A DNA stretch of 24,000 bases, from positions 1-24,000 of the forward strand of contig CACLHR010000016.1 in the NCBI GenBank assembly GCA_902606745.1, given 5' to 3'. Within the stretch, counting starts at the first letter, position 1. The number at the start of each line of letters is the position of its first letter. The notes beneath the pieces are model-generated. The model did not search any database, was not told the DNA's origin, and saw only the letters and a program-made list of their open reading frames with translations. This DNA is from an uncultured Gammaproteobacteria bacterium. GTDB taxonomy: Bacteria > Pseudomonadota > Gammaproteobacteria > PS1 > Pseudothioglobaceae. A program made the position numbers and the translations under genes. This document shows, piece after piece, positions 8,168 through 20,015 of the stretch.

Positions 8168-8971
8168 ATGCGACTTTTTAAACTACTTGTACCAATCTTG
8201 ATCTCAATAATACTTATTGTATTGGATGCACGATTTTCGTACTTAGATAATTTCAAACGTTTCACTTTAACTCTTCTCTCACCTATATACTTTGTCGTAG
8301 ACCTACCTAACCATGTTGTCGATTGGGTAAACGATCAAGGCAGCGAAAAAGCGCAACTGATTAGTGAAAACGAATACCTAGAAGGTAAGCTAATTGAACT
8401 CAAAGCCAGACTTCAAACCTACAATAATCTTGTTCTAGAAAATCAAAAATTGACCCAATTACTGGATGCCACTTATACGATTCCTGAACATCAAATAACC
8501 TTAGCACATGTTAAATCAATCTCTCAATCGAGATTAAAAAAACAAATAATAATTAACAAAGGCAGTAAAGATGGTGTTCGCAATACACAGTTGATAGTAG
8601 GTTCCGACGGTGTGGTTGGGCAAGTCACTCTAGTGACGCCTCTCTACTCAACTGTACTACTTATAACTGACCCAACTCAACACATGCCCGTTAAAAATGT
8701 TAGAAACGGCATTAGAGGCGTTACCAAGGGCTTAGCGACTAATGAAAGAGGAATGAGTGTTGAATTTATACCATTGGACTCGGATGTAAAATTGGGTGAC
8801 ATTTTTGTAACAAGTGGTGTTGGCACAACATACCCCCCCGGATATCTGGTTGGCGAGGTATCTAAGATTGATAAACCACCCAATGAAGCTTTTTTAACGA
8901 TAACACTTAAACCAATGCAAAATATGGATAAATTAGAATTTATTTTGATCATTTCACAAAAAAATGACTAA
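8168..8971 (+). CDS. mreC: Rod shape-determining protein MreC
   Basis: 267 aa. It has an N-terminal TM helix, a coiled-coil (ENEYLEGKLIELKARLQ...ENQKL) and C-terminal beta-barrel repeats (VVGQV..., FVTSG..YPPGYLVGEV). It lies immediately after mreB. Confidence 0.9.
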   Translation: MRLFKLLVPILISIILIVLDARFSYLDNFKRFTLTLLSPIYFVVDLPNHVVDWVNDQGSEKAQLISENEYLEGKLIELKARLQTYNNLVLENQKLTQLLDATYTIPEHQITLAHVKSISQSRLKKQIIINKGSKDGVRNTQLIVGSDGVVGQVTLVTPLYSTVLLITDPTQHMPVKNVRNGIRGVTKGLATNERGMSVEFIPLDSDVKLGDIFVTSGVGTTYPPGYLVGEVSKIDKPPNEAFLTITLKPMQNMDKLEFILIISQKND

Positions 8972-9431
8972 GAATAACTCACTTTTATTGCTAACTAAAA
9001 TAACCATTATTGCACTCATAGTTGGCGCAATTTCATTGCCTTCTGCATTGGAAATAGCTTCCCCCTTCTGGATGTTGATCTTCTTTATTTACTGGATCAT
9101 ATATACCGATACTAAAGCGCTATACCTATTTGCGTTAATACTCGGTCTCTTAACTGACATATTACAAGGAAACATTCTTGGTCAAAATGCTTTAGCTTTG
9201 CTGATTAGCTCTGCTTTTATTTTTAATGTCAAAAAATCATTTTATGTTTCAAACATTACTACTCAACAGGTCTATATTTTTATCGCCTCTCTCATCTACT
9301 TAATCGCTCTACTATTGACTCATATAGCAATCCAGGGTTTCGATTTCAACTGGTTGATACTACTTTCACCTTTCACCGGTTCAATTATCTGGCCCGCTAT
9401 TCGTCTATTCTTGGCAAAACTTAAACATTAA
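8964..9431 (+). CDS. mreD: Rod shape-determining protein MreD
   Basis: 155-aa polytopic membrane protein that overlaps the mreC stop by 8 nt. Its position in the mreBCD order supports the call. Confidence 0.8.
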   Translation: MTKNNSLLLLTKITIIALIVGAISLPSALEIASPFWMLIFFIYWIIYTDTKALYLFALILGLLTDILQGNILGQNALALLISSAFIFNVKKSFYVSNITTQQVYIFIASLIYLIALLLTHIAIQGFDFNWLILLSPFTGSIIWPAIRLFLAKLKH

Positions 9432-9444
9432 ATAATCATCCTGT

Positions 9445-11301
9445 ATGGACAAAATTGCCAATACGAAAAGAGAGAGAAAGGTATTCAGATCAAGAATCCT
9501 TATCGCTTCTGTTTTCATGATTTCAATGGCCTTTTTGCTCATCTATAGACTCTTTAACTTGCAAATCATTAACCATGAATATTACATAGAAGAGGCTCTA
9601 GGTAATCAGCTACAAACACTTCCAATTCAACCAATCAGAGGAGATATTCTGGATCGAAATGGTAAAGTCCTAGCAACAAACGAGCTCTCTTATAGATTAA
9701 CTATCACTCCTGAAAAAATTGATAATATTAATGACATCTTCATTGAACTGCAAATAATCGAACTCATTGACGAAGAAGACATTGAGAGATTCAATAAAAA
9801 TTTAAATCGTTATAAAAAATTTCATAATATTCCAATCAAATACAATCTATCTGAGGAAATAGCAGCGGGTTTCCTTGTTGAAAATCAGTTATCTGGTGTC
9901 GAAATTGAGCCTTATTTTCATCGAGTCTACCCAAATGGTTCTTCTACTTCACACATAGTCGGCTATGTCTCCTCTATGAGCAAAGAAGATAAAGACTACT
10001 ATGATAAAAATAATTATGCAGGAACCACTTTTGTTGGCAAAACTGGCATCGAAAAGCAGTATGAAAAAATATTACATGGTTTTTCAGGTGAAAAACAAAT
10101 CGAAAGAAATGTTGATGGAAGAGTTGTAGATTCAAAAGTCATCAAAGCCTCAGATCCTGGGCAAGATATTTATTTGAATATCGATCTTGATTTACAGTTG
10201 GCAGCTGAATCACTTTTGGGAGATAGTCGAGGTGCATTGGCGCTTATCGATGTCAATGACGGCTCAATATTGAGCCTAGTTAGTACACCAACTTTTGATC
10301 CTAACTGGTTTGTTGGTGGGATTTCGATTGAACGATACCAACAACTCAAAAAAGACAAAGAACTGCCGCTCTTTGATCGCAGTATCAAAGGCCTTTACCC
10401 ACCAGGTTCTACCATCAAACCTATGATAGCTTTGGCTGGATTAGAGCTCAATAAGATCACTATTAAAGATCAAATATTCTGCCCTGGCTATTACAAACTG
10501 CCAGATTATTCGAGAAAATTTAACGACTGGAAACGTTATGGGCACGGTCATGTTGAACTAATAGAGGGGATCGCCCAATCATGTGACGTATTTTTTTATG
10601 ATTTAGCTTATAAATTAGGCATTGATAATATTCATGATAGTCTTACTCACTTTCAGTTTGGTAATATAACAGGTATAGATTTGCCAGGTGAATTGGGTGG
10701 TATTTTACCTTCAAGAGAATGGAAAAAAATTAACAAGGATGAGCCCTGGTACAGAGGTGAAACACTAATCGCTGGAATTGGTCAAGGTTTTATGACAGCA
10801 AGCCCACTTCAACTAGCGTTGGCCACTGCCGCTATAGCGAATAAGGGACAACTATTTTCACCACAATTATTGATGCATTCTCAAACTAAAAGTGGCGATA
10901 TTTATGAAGATGACAAAAAGCCAGCACGTCAAATACCTATAAAAGATATTAATAACTGGGAGTTAATCATCGAAGGTATGAAGCAGGTCGTATATGGAAA
11001 ACTGGGTACAGCAAGAAGATTGAACCACAAGCTCACATATACGCTAGCAGGAAAAACAGGAACTGCTCAGGTTTTTAGTCTCGATCCAGAAGAAGAGTAC
11101 ATTGCGGAAAATATTGAAGAAAAATTAAGGGATCATGCTTTATTTACTGGATTCGCTCCTATCGGAGATCCCCAAGTCGCTATTGCGGTCATTGTAGAAA
11201 ATGCCGGAAGTGGTAGTTCAACGGCAGCACCATTAGCTAGAGCGCTACTAGATGTATATTTTAGTAAAAACCCTCTAAATGAAAACTTATCATCTGACTA
11301 A
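9445..11301 (+). CDS. mrdA: Penicillin-binding protein 2 (elongasome transpeptidase)
   Basis: 618 aa. It has an N-terminal TM anchor, a PBP dimerisation domain and a transpeptidase domain with the motifs STIKP (SxxK), SCD (SxN/D) and KTGTA (KTG). Confidence 0.92.
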   Translation: MDKIANTKRERKVFRSRILIASVFMISMAFLLIYRLFNLQIINHEYYIEEALGNQLQTLPIQPIRGDILDRNGKVLATNELSYRLTITPEKIDNINDIFIELQIIELIDEEDIERFNKNLNRYKKFHNIPIKYNLSEEIAAGFLVENQLSGVEIEPYFHRVYPNGSSTSHIVGYVSSMSKEDKDYYDKNNYAGTTFVGKTGIEKQYEKILHGFSGEKQIERNVDGRVVDSKVIKASDPGQDIYLNIDLDLQLAAESLLGDSRGALALIDVNDGSILSLVSTPTFDPNWFVGGISIERYQQLKKDKELPLFDRSIKGLYPPGSTIKPMIALAGLELNKITIKDQIFCPGYYKLPDYSRKFNDWKRYGHGHVELIEGIAQSCDVFFYDLAYKLGIDNIHDSLTHFQFGNITGIDLPGELGGILPSREWKKINKDEPWYRGETLIAGIGQGFMTASPLQLALATAAIANKGQLFSPQLLMHSQTKSGDIYEDDKKPARQIPIKDINNWELIIEGMKQVVYGKLGTARRLNHKLTYTLAGKTGTAQVFSLDPEEEYIAENIEEKLRDHALFTGFAPIGDPQVAIAVIVENAGSGSSTAAPLARALLDVYFSKNPLNENLSSD

Positions 11302-11313
11302 CAATTAAAACAT

Positions 11314-12848
<1,535 letters not shown>

Positions 12849-12874
<26 letters not shown>

Positions 12875-13868
12875 GATCGCTACTCATTAATTTTTTACGA
12901 ATTTTTTCCTCAAGTAGCTGACTCATTTCTGAGTGTTCTTTTAAGTAATCTCTGGCATTATCCTTACCTTGACCAATTCTTTCACCATCCACACTGTACC
13001 AAGCACCTGCCTTTTCAACGAACCCATGCTCAACGCCTAAATCAATCACCTCACTTTCTCTTGAAATGCCTTGATTGTATAGTATCTGAAATTCTGCCTT
13101 CTTAAATGGTGGTGCAACTTTATTCTTCAAAACTTTAACTCGGGTTTCATTGCCCAGCACTTCATCACCCTTTTTAATTGCGCCTATTCTTCTAATATCT
13201 AAGCGAACAGAGGCATAAAATTTAAGCGCGTTGCCTCCTGTTGTGGTCTCTGGATTACCAAACATAACACCAATCTTCATACGAAGCTGATTAATAAAGA
13301 TAACCATGGTATTAGTTCTCTTGATATTAGAGGTGAGCTTTCTGAGTGCTTGTGACATTAGCCTAGCTTGTAAACCCATATGGGAAGCACCCATTTCGCC
13401 CTCAATTTCTGCTTTAGGCGTTAAAGCTGCAACTGAATCAACAACAACAATATCGATACCACCTGACCGTACCAGCATATCTGTAATTTCCAGTGCCTGC
13501 TCACCTGTATCGGGCTGTGAAATTAAAAGGTCATCAGTATTCACTCCTAACCTCTTAGCGTAAGAAGGATCGAGTGCATGTTCTGCATCAATGAAAGCTG
13601 CCGTTCCACCTAGTTTTTGTATTTCAGCAATCACATGTAGAGTTAGAGTTGTTTTTCCGGAAGATTCTGGACCATAAACTTCAATGACTCTACCTCTAGG
13701 TAAGCCACCTATCCCCAAAGCAATATCAAGACTCAGACTTCCTGTAGAAACGCTCTCAATATCTGTTCTTGACTCATCATCTCCCAGAAACATAACTGAC
13801 CCTTTACCATATTGTTTTTCAATTTGGCCAAGGGCCACTTTTAGTGCTTGTTTTTTCTGTTCATCCAC
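12849..13868 (-). CDS. recA: Recombinase RecA
   Basis: 339 aa with [15 protein letters not shown], the Walker A motif [10 protein letters not shown] and [42 protein letters not shown]-type RBS lies upstream of the ATG. Confidence 0.98.
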
Positions 13869-13915
13869 ACCACTCTCCCGCGTAAAATGTTAATTAATTT
13901 AATGCAATTATTATA

Positions 13916-14959
13916 ATGGCTTTCTCTCGACAAGATACAGAATGTATGGCCCTTGCACTCAAAATTTCAAAGAAGGGTCGTGCAACGGTTGGTGCTAATC
14001 CAATGGTTGGTTGTGTGATAGTGCTTAACGGTAAAATTGTTGCTCAAGACTACCATCGACAGTATGGTAAAGCTCACGCTGAAGTGAATGCTTTGGATCA
14101 AATTAAACACCAAGCTAAGAGTACTAAATTATACGTAACACTTGAGCCTTGCTCTCATCAAGGGAAAACACCACCATGCACAAAAGCCCTCATAGATGCT
14201 GGTGTAAAAAAGGTTGTTGTGGCAATGCCTGACCCAAATCCTATGGTATCTGGAAGGGGCATCAAATTACTAAAAGATGCAGGTATTGAAGTTGACATTG
14301 GTTTGCTGCAATGTGAAGCAAGAGAACTAAATAGAGGGTTTGTAAAAAGAATGGAAACTGGGATGCCATTCGTTACAACAAAAATTGCTATGAGTCTTGA
14401 TGGCGGAACTGCAATGGGTAGTGGTGAAAGTCAATGGATTACTTCTGACGCAGCGAGACTTGACGTCCATAAACTACGCAGTAATAATCAAGCAATTATG
14501 ACTGGTTCTGGCACAATCATAGATGACAATCCAAAGATGACTGTCAGACTTGATGGTTCTGAACCTAATCCATTAAGAGTCATTATTGATAGTGGAAATA
14601 AGATTAAAGATCAAAAACTCAATATCTTTTCATCTGATGCCTCAACACTTTTACTTAATGATGACAATTCAAGCATTTTACCAAATGGCAAAATAGATTT
14701 AAAATTAGCTCTAATTAAGCTCGGAGAGATGGGCATCAACAACCTACTTCTTGAGGCTGGTAGCGGTTTAAATGGAGCTATGCTTGAGGCTGGACTTATT
14801 GATGAATTTATTATCTATACTGCTCCAGTAATTCTCGGAAGTGATACCAAACCGATGATAGAGATACCACTAAACAAAATATCTGAAAAGATTCAACTCA
14901 ATATTCTTGATATCCGAAAAATTGGTGGGGATATTAAAATTAAAGCAGTTCTTAAATGA
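13916..14959 (+). CDS. ribD: Bifunctional riboflavin biosynthesis protein RibD (pyrimidine deaminase / uracil reductase)
   Basis: 347 aa. The CMP/dCMP-type deaminase zinc motifs HAEVNAL and PCSHQGKTPPC are present. A C-terminal RibD_C reductase domain follows (KIAMSLDG..., EAGSGLNGAMLEAGLIDE). Confidence 0.93.
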   Translation: MAFSRQDTECMALALKISKKGRATVGANPMVGCVIVLNGKIVAQDYHRQYGKAHAEVNALDQIKHQAKSTKLYVTLEPCSHQGKTPPCTKALIDAGVKKVVVAMPDPNPMVSGRGIKLLKDAGIEVDIGLLQCEARELNRGFVKRMETGMPFVTTKIAMSLDGGTAMGSGESQWITSDAARLDVHKLRSNNQAIMTGSGTIIDDNPKMTVRLDGSEPNPLRVIIDSGNKIKDQKLNIFSSDASTLLLNDDNSSILPNGKIDLKLALIKLGEMGINNLLLEAGSGLNGAMLEAGLIDEFIIYTAPVILGSDTKPMIEIPLNKISEKIQLNILDIRKIGGDIKIKAVLK

Positions 14960-16149
14960 GTACATTAACGAACAAACGAATTATTCTGGGTGTTAGTGGT
15001 TCAATTGCAGCCTATAAATCACCTGATATTGTCAGACGTTTACAAGATCTGGGTGCTGAAGTTAGAGTGATTCTAACTACTGGTGGTAGAGAATTTGTGA
15101 GTGAACGATCCCTACAGACAGTTTCAAAAAATAAGGTTCATGACAATCTATGGGATTCAGAAGCAGAGCTATCAATGGGTCATATTGAGCTTGCAAAATG
15201 GGCTGATCTTATAATCATCGCCCCTGCATCGGCTAATACAATAGCCAAGCTCTGTCATGGTAAGGCGGATGATTTGCTTTCAACTGTTATTCTTGCTGCC
15301 AGTTGTTCTGTTATGGTCGCACCATCTATGAATCAACAAATGTATGCTTCGTTAGCGATGAAAGATAATCTGCAATTGCTACAAAAGCGTGGAGTAAGAA
15401 TTATAGATCCAGGTTTTGGAGAGCAGGCTTGCGGGGATATTGGGGAAGGCAGATTAGCCGAACCAAGTGAAATTGCACGGAAAATTTCTGAAATCTTTCA
15501 GAATAGTTTACTTGGCGGAAAAAGGGTACTAATAACGATTGGTGGAACTGTTGAAGCAATTGATCCTGTTCGATTCTTATCAAACCACAGTAGTGGGAAA
15601 ATGGGCATGGCGCTTGCATATGCTTCTATACAAGCTGGTGCAGAGACAACGCTTGTTATTGGTTCAATTTCCGTTGATGTCGAAAATAGAGCAAAAACTA
15701 TCTTTGTAACTAGTGCAAATGAGATGCATGAAGCTGTCATGAAAAATATTCATGACCAAGACTTATTTATTAGTTGTGCCGCTGTTGCTGATTACAGACC
15801 TACAAAAGTGAGCCCTAATAAAATAAAAAAAAACAGTAGTCAGAAAACAATTGAGCTTGTTGCAAACAAAGATATTTTGAGTGACGTATGTAAATTAAAA
15901 AATAAACCAATTTGCATTGGTTTTGCAGCGGAAACTGAAAATTATTTAAATAACGCTAATCAAAAGCTGAAAAATAAGAATTGCGATGCAATTATTTTGA
16001 ACGATGTTTCTAATAGCAAAATTGGCCTTAAATCTGATGAAAATGAGGTTTACTTTATAACAAGTAATGGGTCTGACAAAATCAATAAAAATACTAAACA
16101 AATTGTTGCCGAAAAAATTATCAATAAAATTGTTAAAGAATTCTTTTAG
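14956..16149 (+). CDS. coaBC: Bifunctional phosphopantothenoylcysteine decarboxylase / phosphopantothenate-cysteine ligase
   Basis: 397 aa. The N-terminal flavoprotein domain has GVSGSIAAYK and APASANTIAK. The C-terminal CoaB domain has NHSSGKMG and AAVADYRP. It shares an ATGA start/stop overlap with ribD. Confidence 0.93.
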   Translation: MSTLTNKRIILGVSGSIAAYKSPDIVRRLQDLGAEVRVILTTGGREFVSERSLQTVSKNKVHDNLWDSEAELSMGHIELAKWADLIIIAPASANTIAKLCHGKADDLLSTVILAASCSVMVAPSMNQQMYASLAMKDNLQLLQKRGVRIIDPGFGEQACGDIGEGRLAEPSEIARKISEIFQNSLLGGKRVLITIGGTVEAIDPVRFLSNHSSGKMGMALAYASIQAGAETTLVIGSISVDVENRAKTIFVTSANEMHEAVMKNIHDQDLFISCAAVADYRPTKVSPNKIKKNSSQKTIELVANKDILSDVCKLKNKPICIGFAAETENYLNNANQKLKNKNCDAIILNDVSNSKIGLKSDENEVYFITSNGSDKINKNTKQIVAEKIINKIVKEFF

Positions 16150-16185
16150 CCACTCAAAGTCGCTTTAAATCAAGGCTTAACAGAC

Positions 16186-16476
16186 TTACTCACAAAACTG
16201 TGGAAAACTCTGGTGATATCTCTTATTATTCCTTAATAATATGCACTAGAATAACAATTACTACGGTTTTGGTTAATAAATAATCATATCAACTTTCTCT
16301 ATATAAATCAATGAGTTACAATTTTGTCTTTTTGTGAATAAATTTCAATATAACTGAGTAAACTAGTTAATTTTCTAGTAGCGGATAACTTTTATAGTTT
16401 TTCCTATTAAATAGGGCTTTCCAGAAGGAATAGCAAAAATTAATAGTGTAATTTTATAATTTATTTATTATCCAAA
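16186..16476. promoter_or_regulatory. Cluster of DnaA-box-like 9-mers in an ORF-free AT-rich spacer (function unproven)
   Basis: Compared with TTATCCACA: TTTTCCACA (minus, 16199-16207), TTATTCACA (minus, 16333-16341) and TTATCCAAA (plus, 16468-16476) each differ at one position. TTACTCACA (plus, 16186-16194) and TTATCCGCT (minus, 16380-16388) differ at two. An IHF-core-like AATCAATGAGTTA sits at 16306-16318. Confidence 0.3.
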
Positions 16477-16604
16477 TAAATGTGTCAATATTAGTAAAAA
16501 TTATTAAACAATTATTAGTACTAAAATAAGATGATTTAGCATTAAATAAGTAGAATTAGATTAACTTGAGCTAGTAGCTTATTCTTTGGACTGTATTTTG
16601 ACTA

Positions 16605-19600
16605 TTAATATTGAATTTTATATTTTTCTGGCCCAAGATTATTTTCAAGAGCATCTAATAGATCTCTATGAAGAGAAACATCATATTCTGAACTAAGGGG
16701 GATTTTTCCGGTGGCATTGTTAGAATGATATTCAATCATAACTGGACATTTTCCATGAAACTCTTTCAACAACTGACAGATATCTAAATATTCTAGCTTA
16801 TTATTTTTACTCAGTGATAACTGTAAATACTTAGCATATTTCACTTGAACTTTTTCAACAGGCTCAATACGATCAATTACAACTTGCCATTGATCTCTAA
16901 AATCTTTATTGACTTTACCGCTAATCACTACAACTTCATCCAAAATCAGCTGATCACTATTTGCTCCAAGTGGTTGTGAAAAAAGTACAGCATTAATTTG
17001 TTTAACACCATCCTCAATAATTAAATTTGCCATCTGTCCTCTTTGGGTTTGACGATAATTAACTTCCGAAATCAAGGCAAGAATGCGTACTTCACGATTG
17101 TTTCTAAAAACAATATCTTTTGGTAATGTACAAACTATCGACTTTAAATCAGTTTTGTACCAATCAGTAGGATGTCGATCAAGGTAATAACCCATTACAC
17201 TTTTCTCAAGCATCAACATTTTCTTAAAAGGTAAATACTCCCCTTTTATATATTTTTTTTCGTATTCGATATGACTTTCAACTTCAGCAAATAGACCCAC
17301 TTGTCCATTTAAAAAGTCATTTTGTCTCTGTTCTGCCTGCTTGATAGCTCTAGGATAAGTAGCTATCAATGTTGCTCTATTAACACCAAAAACATCAAAT
17401 GCACCACTATGTATTAGGGCTTCAACGGCTCTTCGATTTAAGTATTTCTTTTCTATCCGTAGGCAAAAATCAAATATATCATCATAACTTCCATTGTTTT
17501 CACGCTCTAAAACTACCGCTCTTACCAATGATTCACCCACACCTTTTATAGCTCCCAGTCCATAAATTATTGTCTTGTTATCAGTAATACTGAATTCATA
17601 CTCAGATTGACAAATATTTGGTGCACCAACGATAAGCCCACTTTTCTTTGATTCTGCTACTGTAAATGCAACTCGATCCGTATCATCCATCATGCCAGAC
17701 AAAACTGCTGCCATAAAGGGTGCTGGAAAGTGCGCCTTTAGCCATGCCGTTTGATAGGAAACATAAGCATAGGCAACAGAATGAGACTTATTGAAACCGT
17801 ATCCTGAAAACTTATCAATCAAATCAAATATTTCATTTGCCTTTTGTTTCTTTATATTTTTTTTACCTGCACCAGTAACAAATACTTCTCGTTGTTCTTC
17901 CATCTCTTCGACTTTTTTCTTTCCCATTGCTCGCCTTAATATATCTGCACCACCCAAAGAATAACCTGCCATTACTTGAGCTGACTTCATGACTTGTTCT
18001 TGATAAAGAAAAACACCATTGGTTGGTTTTAAAATTTCTTCAAGCATCTCATGAGGATATCTCACTTTAGCACCATGTTTTACCTGGATATAATCGTCTA
18101 CCATTCCAGCATCCAATGGTCCAGGTCTGTATAAGGCCAACATCGCTACAATATCTTCAAAGCAATCTGCTCGTAGTTTTTTCAAATAACCTCGCATACC
18201 GACGGACTCTAGTTGAAAAACACCCGTAGTATCGCAGCGTTGTAATAATTTAAATACCTCTGAATCATCTAAAGCCAGCCCATCTATGTCTATTGGTTTT
18301 TTACTCAAACCTTTTTTTGCAATTATTTTGATTGCTTTATCGATAACAGTTAAATTCGACAAACCCAGAAAGTCAAATTTTACTAAACCAACAGCCTCTA
18401 CGTCGTCCTTATCAAATTGAGAGACAACCACATCAGACTCCTCAGAACCCTTATAAATTGGACAAAAATCACTAATCTTGCTAGGTGCAATTACTACACC
18501 ACCTGCATGAGTACCGACATTTCTAATCAATCCCTCTAAATCTTGAGAAAGATCAATAAGCGTTGAAACACTTTCCTCTGAGTCATAGCGTGATTTGAGT
18601 TCTGAAGAGTCTTTTAAAGCCTTACTTAAAGTCATTTTTAGTTCATTGGGTATCAATTTTGAAATAGTGTCACTGAACCCATAAGGATGACCCAATACTC
18701 TTCCAACATCTCTGACCACTCCTTTTGCTGCCATCGTACCGTAAGTAATAATCTGTGAAACTTTTTCTGAACCATACTTTTTAGATACATACTCAATCAC
18801 CTCATCTCGACGATCAGCACAGAAATCAATGTCAAAATCTGGCATCGAGACTCTTTCTGGATTTAAGAAACGTTCAAACAAAAGTTCATGTTCAATTGGA
18901 TCTACATTTGTAATGGAAAGTGCCCAAGCCACCAATGATCCGGCTCCGGAACCCCTACCTGGACCAACAGGAATACCTTTTTCTTTGGCCCAACGGATAA
19001 AGTCAGATACTATCAAAAAATAACCGGAATAATCCATCTCCAAAATAACAGACAATTCAAAATTTAATCTTTCGATATAAACATCTTCATCTACAGAAAG
19101 ACGCTTAAGTCTTTCATTCAGACCTTTTATTGACTCTTCTTTAAAAAATTCGGAAATAGATTTATCTTTTGGGGTTGGAAAGATAGGTAAAAAGTTTTTC
19201 TTGAACAATTCAAAATGCAGGTTACAACGTTTTGATATCTCAACAGTATTGTTTAAAAGTTGTGGAAAGTCAGCAAACAGCTCTGACATTTCATCAGCGG
19301 TTTTTAAATACTGAGACTCGCTAAAGTTTTTTAGTCGGTGAGTATCATCCAAAAACCCACCTTCAGCAATACAGATTCTAGCTTCGTGAGCCTCATATTC
19401 TTTTTTATCTAAAAATTGAACATCATTGGTTGCCACAATCGGAATATCTAATCGTAATCCAAGCTCAATGGTTAGGTGCAGGAGTTGCTCGTCTAAAGGT
19501 CTATCAGTTCTTTGGACAGACATATAGTAGCGGTCAGAAAAAATAGATTTCCAACTGAGAGCCTTTTCCTTTGCCAAATTTGACTCGTTGGCGAGAAGTA

Positions 19601-20015
19601 ATTGAGCAATATCAGAATTTACAGATGTTGCAACCATAATTAAACCACTCTGGTGTTCTATAAGTTGCTCTTCTGTGACACGCACGCCCTCAATTCCATA
19701 TTCACTTAAATATGCTTTTGAAATGAGTTCAGACAGGTTCAGATAGCCTTCATTATTTTGACATAACATAATCACATCGTATTGACTTGAACTACAATCT
19801 ACTGATACTTTAGCTCCAATAATGGGTTTAACACCTGAATCCATGGCTTTTTGATAAAACTTCACCGCTGAAAACAAACTCATATCATCTGTCAAAGCAA
19901 TACTGTTCATACCCGATTGTTGAACACTTTCAATAAGTTTTGGCACACGAATTAAGCTATTCTTAACTGAATACTCACTTTGACACTGAAGATGAACAAA
20001 ACTTGAAGAAGACAT
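16605..20015 (-). CDS. dnaE: DNA polymerase III alpha subunit
   Basis: 1136 aa. It has an N-terminal PHP domain (FVHLQCQSEYS), the Pol IIIalpha core (GPGRGSGAGSLVAWALSITNVDP, PDFDIDF), an HhH region and a C-terminal OB fold. Confidence 0.98.
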   Translation of the reverse strand: MSSSSFVHLQCQSEYSVKNSLIRVPKLIESVQQSGMNSIALTDDMSLFSAVKFYQKAMDSGVKPIIGAKVSVDCSSSQYDVIMLCQNNEGYLNLSELISKAYLSEYGIEGVRVTEEQLIEHQSGLIMVATSVNSDIAQLLLANESNLAKEKALSWKSIFSDRYYMSVQRTDRPLDEQLLHLTIELGLRLDIPIVATNDVQFLDKKEYEAHEARICIAEGGFLDDTHRLKNFSESQYLKTADEMSELFADFPQLLNNTVEISKRCNLHFELFKKNFLPIFPTPKDKSISEFFKEESIKGLNERLKRLSVDEDVYIERLNFELSVILEMDYSGYFLIVSDFIRWAKEKGIPVGPGRGSGAGSLVAWALSITNVDPIEHELLFERFLNPERVSMPDFDIDFCADRRDEVIEYVSKKYGSEKVSQIITYGTMAAKGVVRDVGRVLGHPYGFSDTISKLIPNELKMTLSKALKDSSELKSRYDSEESVSTLIDLSQDLEGLIRNVGTHAGGVVIAPSKISDFCPIYKGSEESDVVVSQFDKDDVEAVGLVKFDFLGLSNLTVIDKAIKIIAKKGLSKKPIDIDGLALDDSEVFKLLQRCDTTGVFQLESVGMRGYLKKLRADCFEDIVAMLALYRPGPLDAGMVDDYIQVKHGAKVRYPHEMLEEILKPTNGVFLYQEQVMKSAQVMAGYSLGGADILRRAMGKKKVEEMEEQREVFVTGAGKKNIKKQKANEIFDLIDKFSGYGFNKSHSVAYAYVSYQTAWLKAHFPAPFMAAVLSGMMDDTDRVAFTVAESKKSGLIVGAPNICQSEYEFSITDNKTIIYGLGAIKGVGESLVRAVVLERENNGSYDDIFDFCLRIEKKYLNRRAVEALIHSGAFDVFGVNRATLIATYPRAIKQAEQRQNDFLNGQVGLFAEVESHIEYEKKYIKGEYLPFKKMLMLEKSVMGYYLDRHPTDWYKTDLKSIVCTLPKDIVFRNNREVRILALISEVNYRQTQRGQMANLIIEDGVKQINAVLFSQPLGANSDQLILDEVVVISGKVNKDFRDQWQVVIDRIEPVEKVQVKYAKYLQLSLSKNNKLEYLDICQLLKEFHGKCPVMIEYHSNNATGKIPLSSEYDVSLHRDLLDALENNLGPEKYKIQY

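Noticed and set aside
13869-13915. FMN riboswitch upstream of ribD.
   Set aside because: Only 47 bp separate ribD from the divergent recA, which is far too short for an FMN element of about 130 nt. No conserved FMN-element sequence is visible.
16403-16440. SRP (4.5S) RNA-like string TCCAGAAGGAATAGCA and a small CCTAT-TAA-ATAGG hairpin in the long spacer.
   Set aside because: It resembles the domain IV sequence CCGGAAGGAAGCAGC only superficially. The complementary 5' strand and the GC-rich helices are absent. The hairpin has no flanking U-tract.
16150-16604. dif (XerCD) site, tmRNA, tRNA or small-protein gene in the spacer.
   Set aside because: I found no match to the GGTGCGCATAA-N6-TTATGTTAAAT pattern on either strand, no tmRNA or tRNA signatures, and no ORF beyond about 13 codons.
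16605-20015. DnaE PHP-domain motif HLQCQSEYS, where the canonical second His is replaced by Gln, as a sign of a non-functional or unusual polymerase.
   Set aside because: Proteobacterial DnaE PHP domains are commonly degenerate, with proofreading supplied by the epsilon subunit. The rest of the protein is intact and full length.
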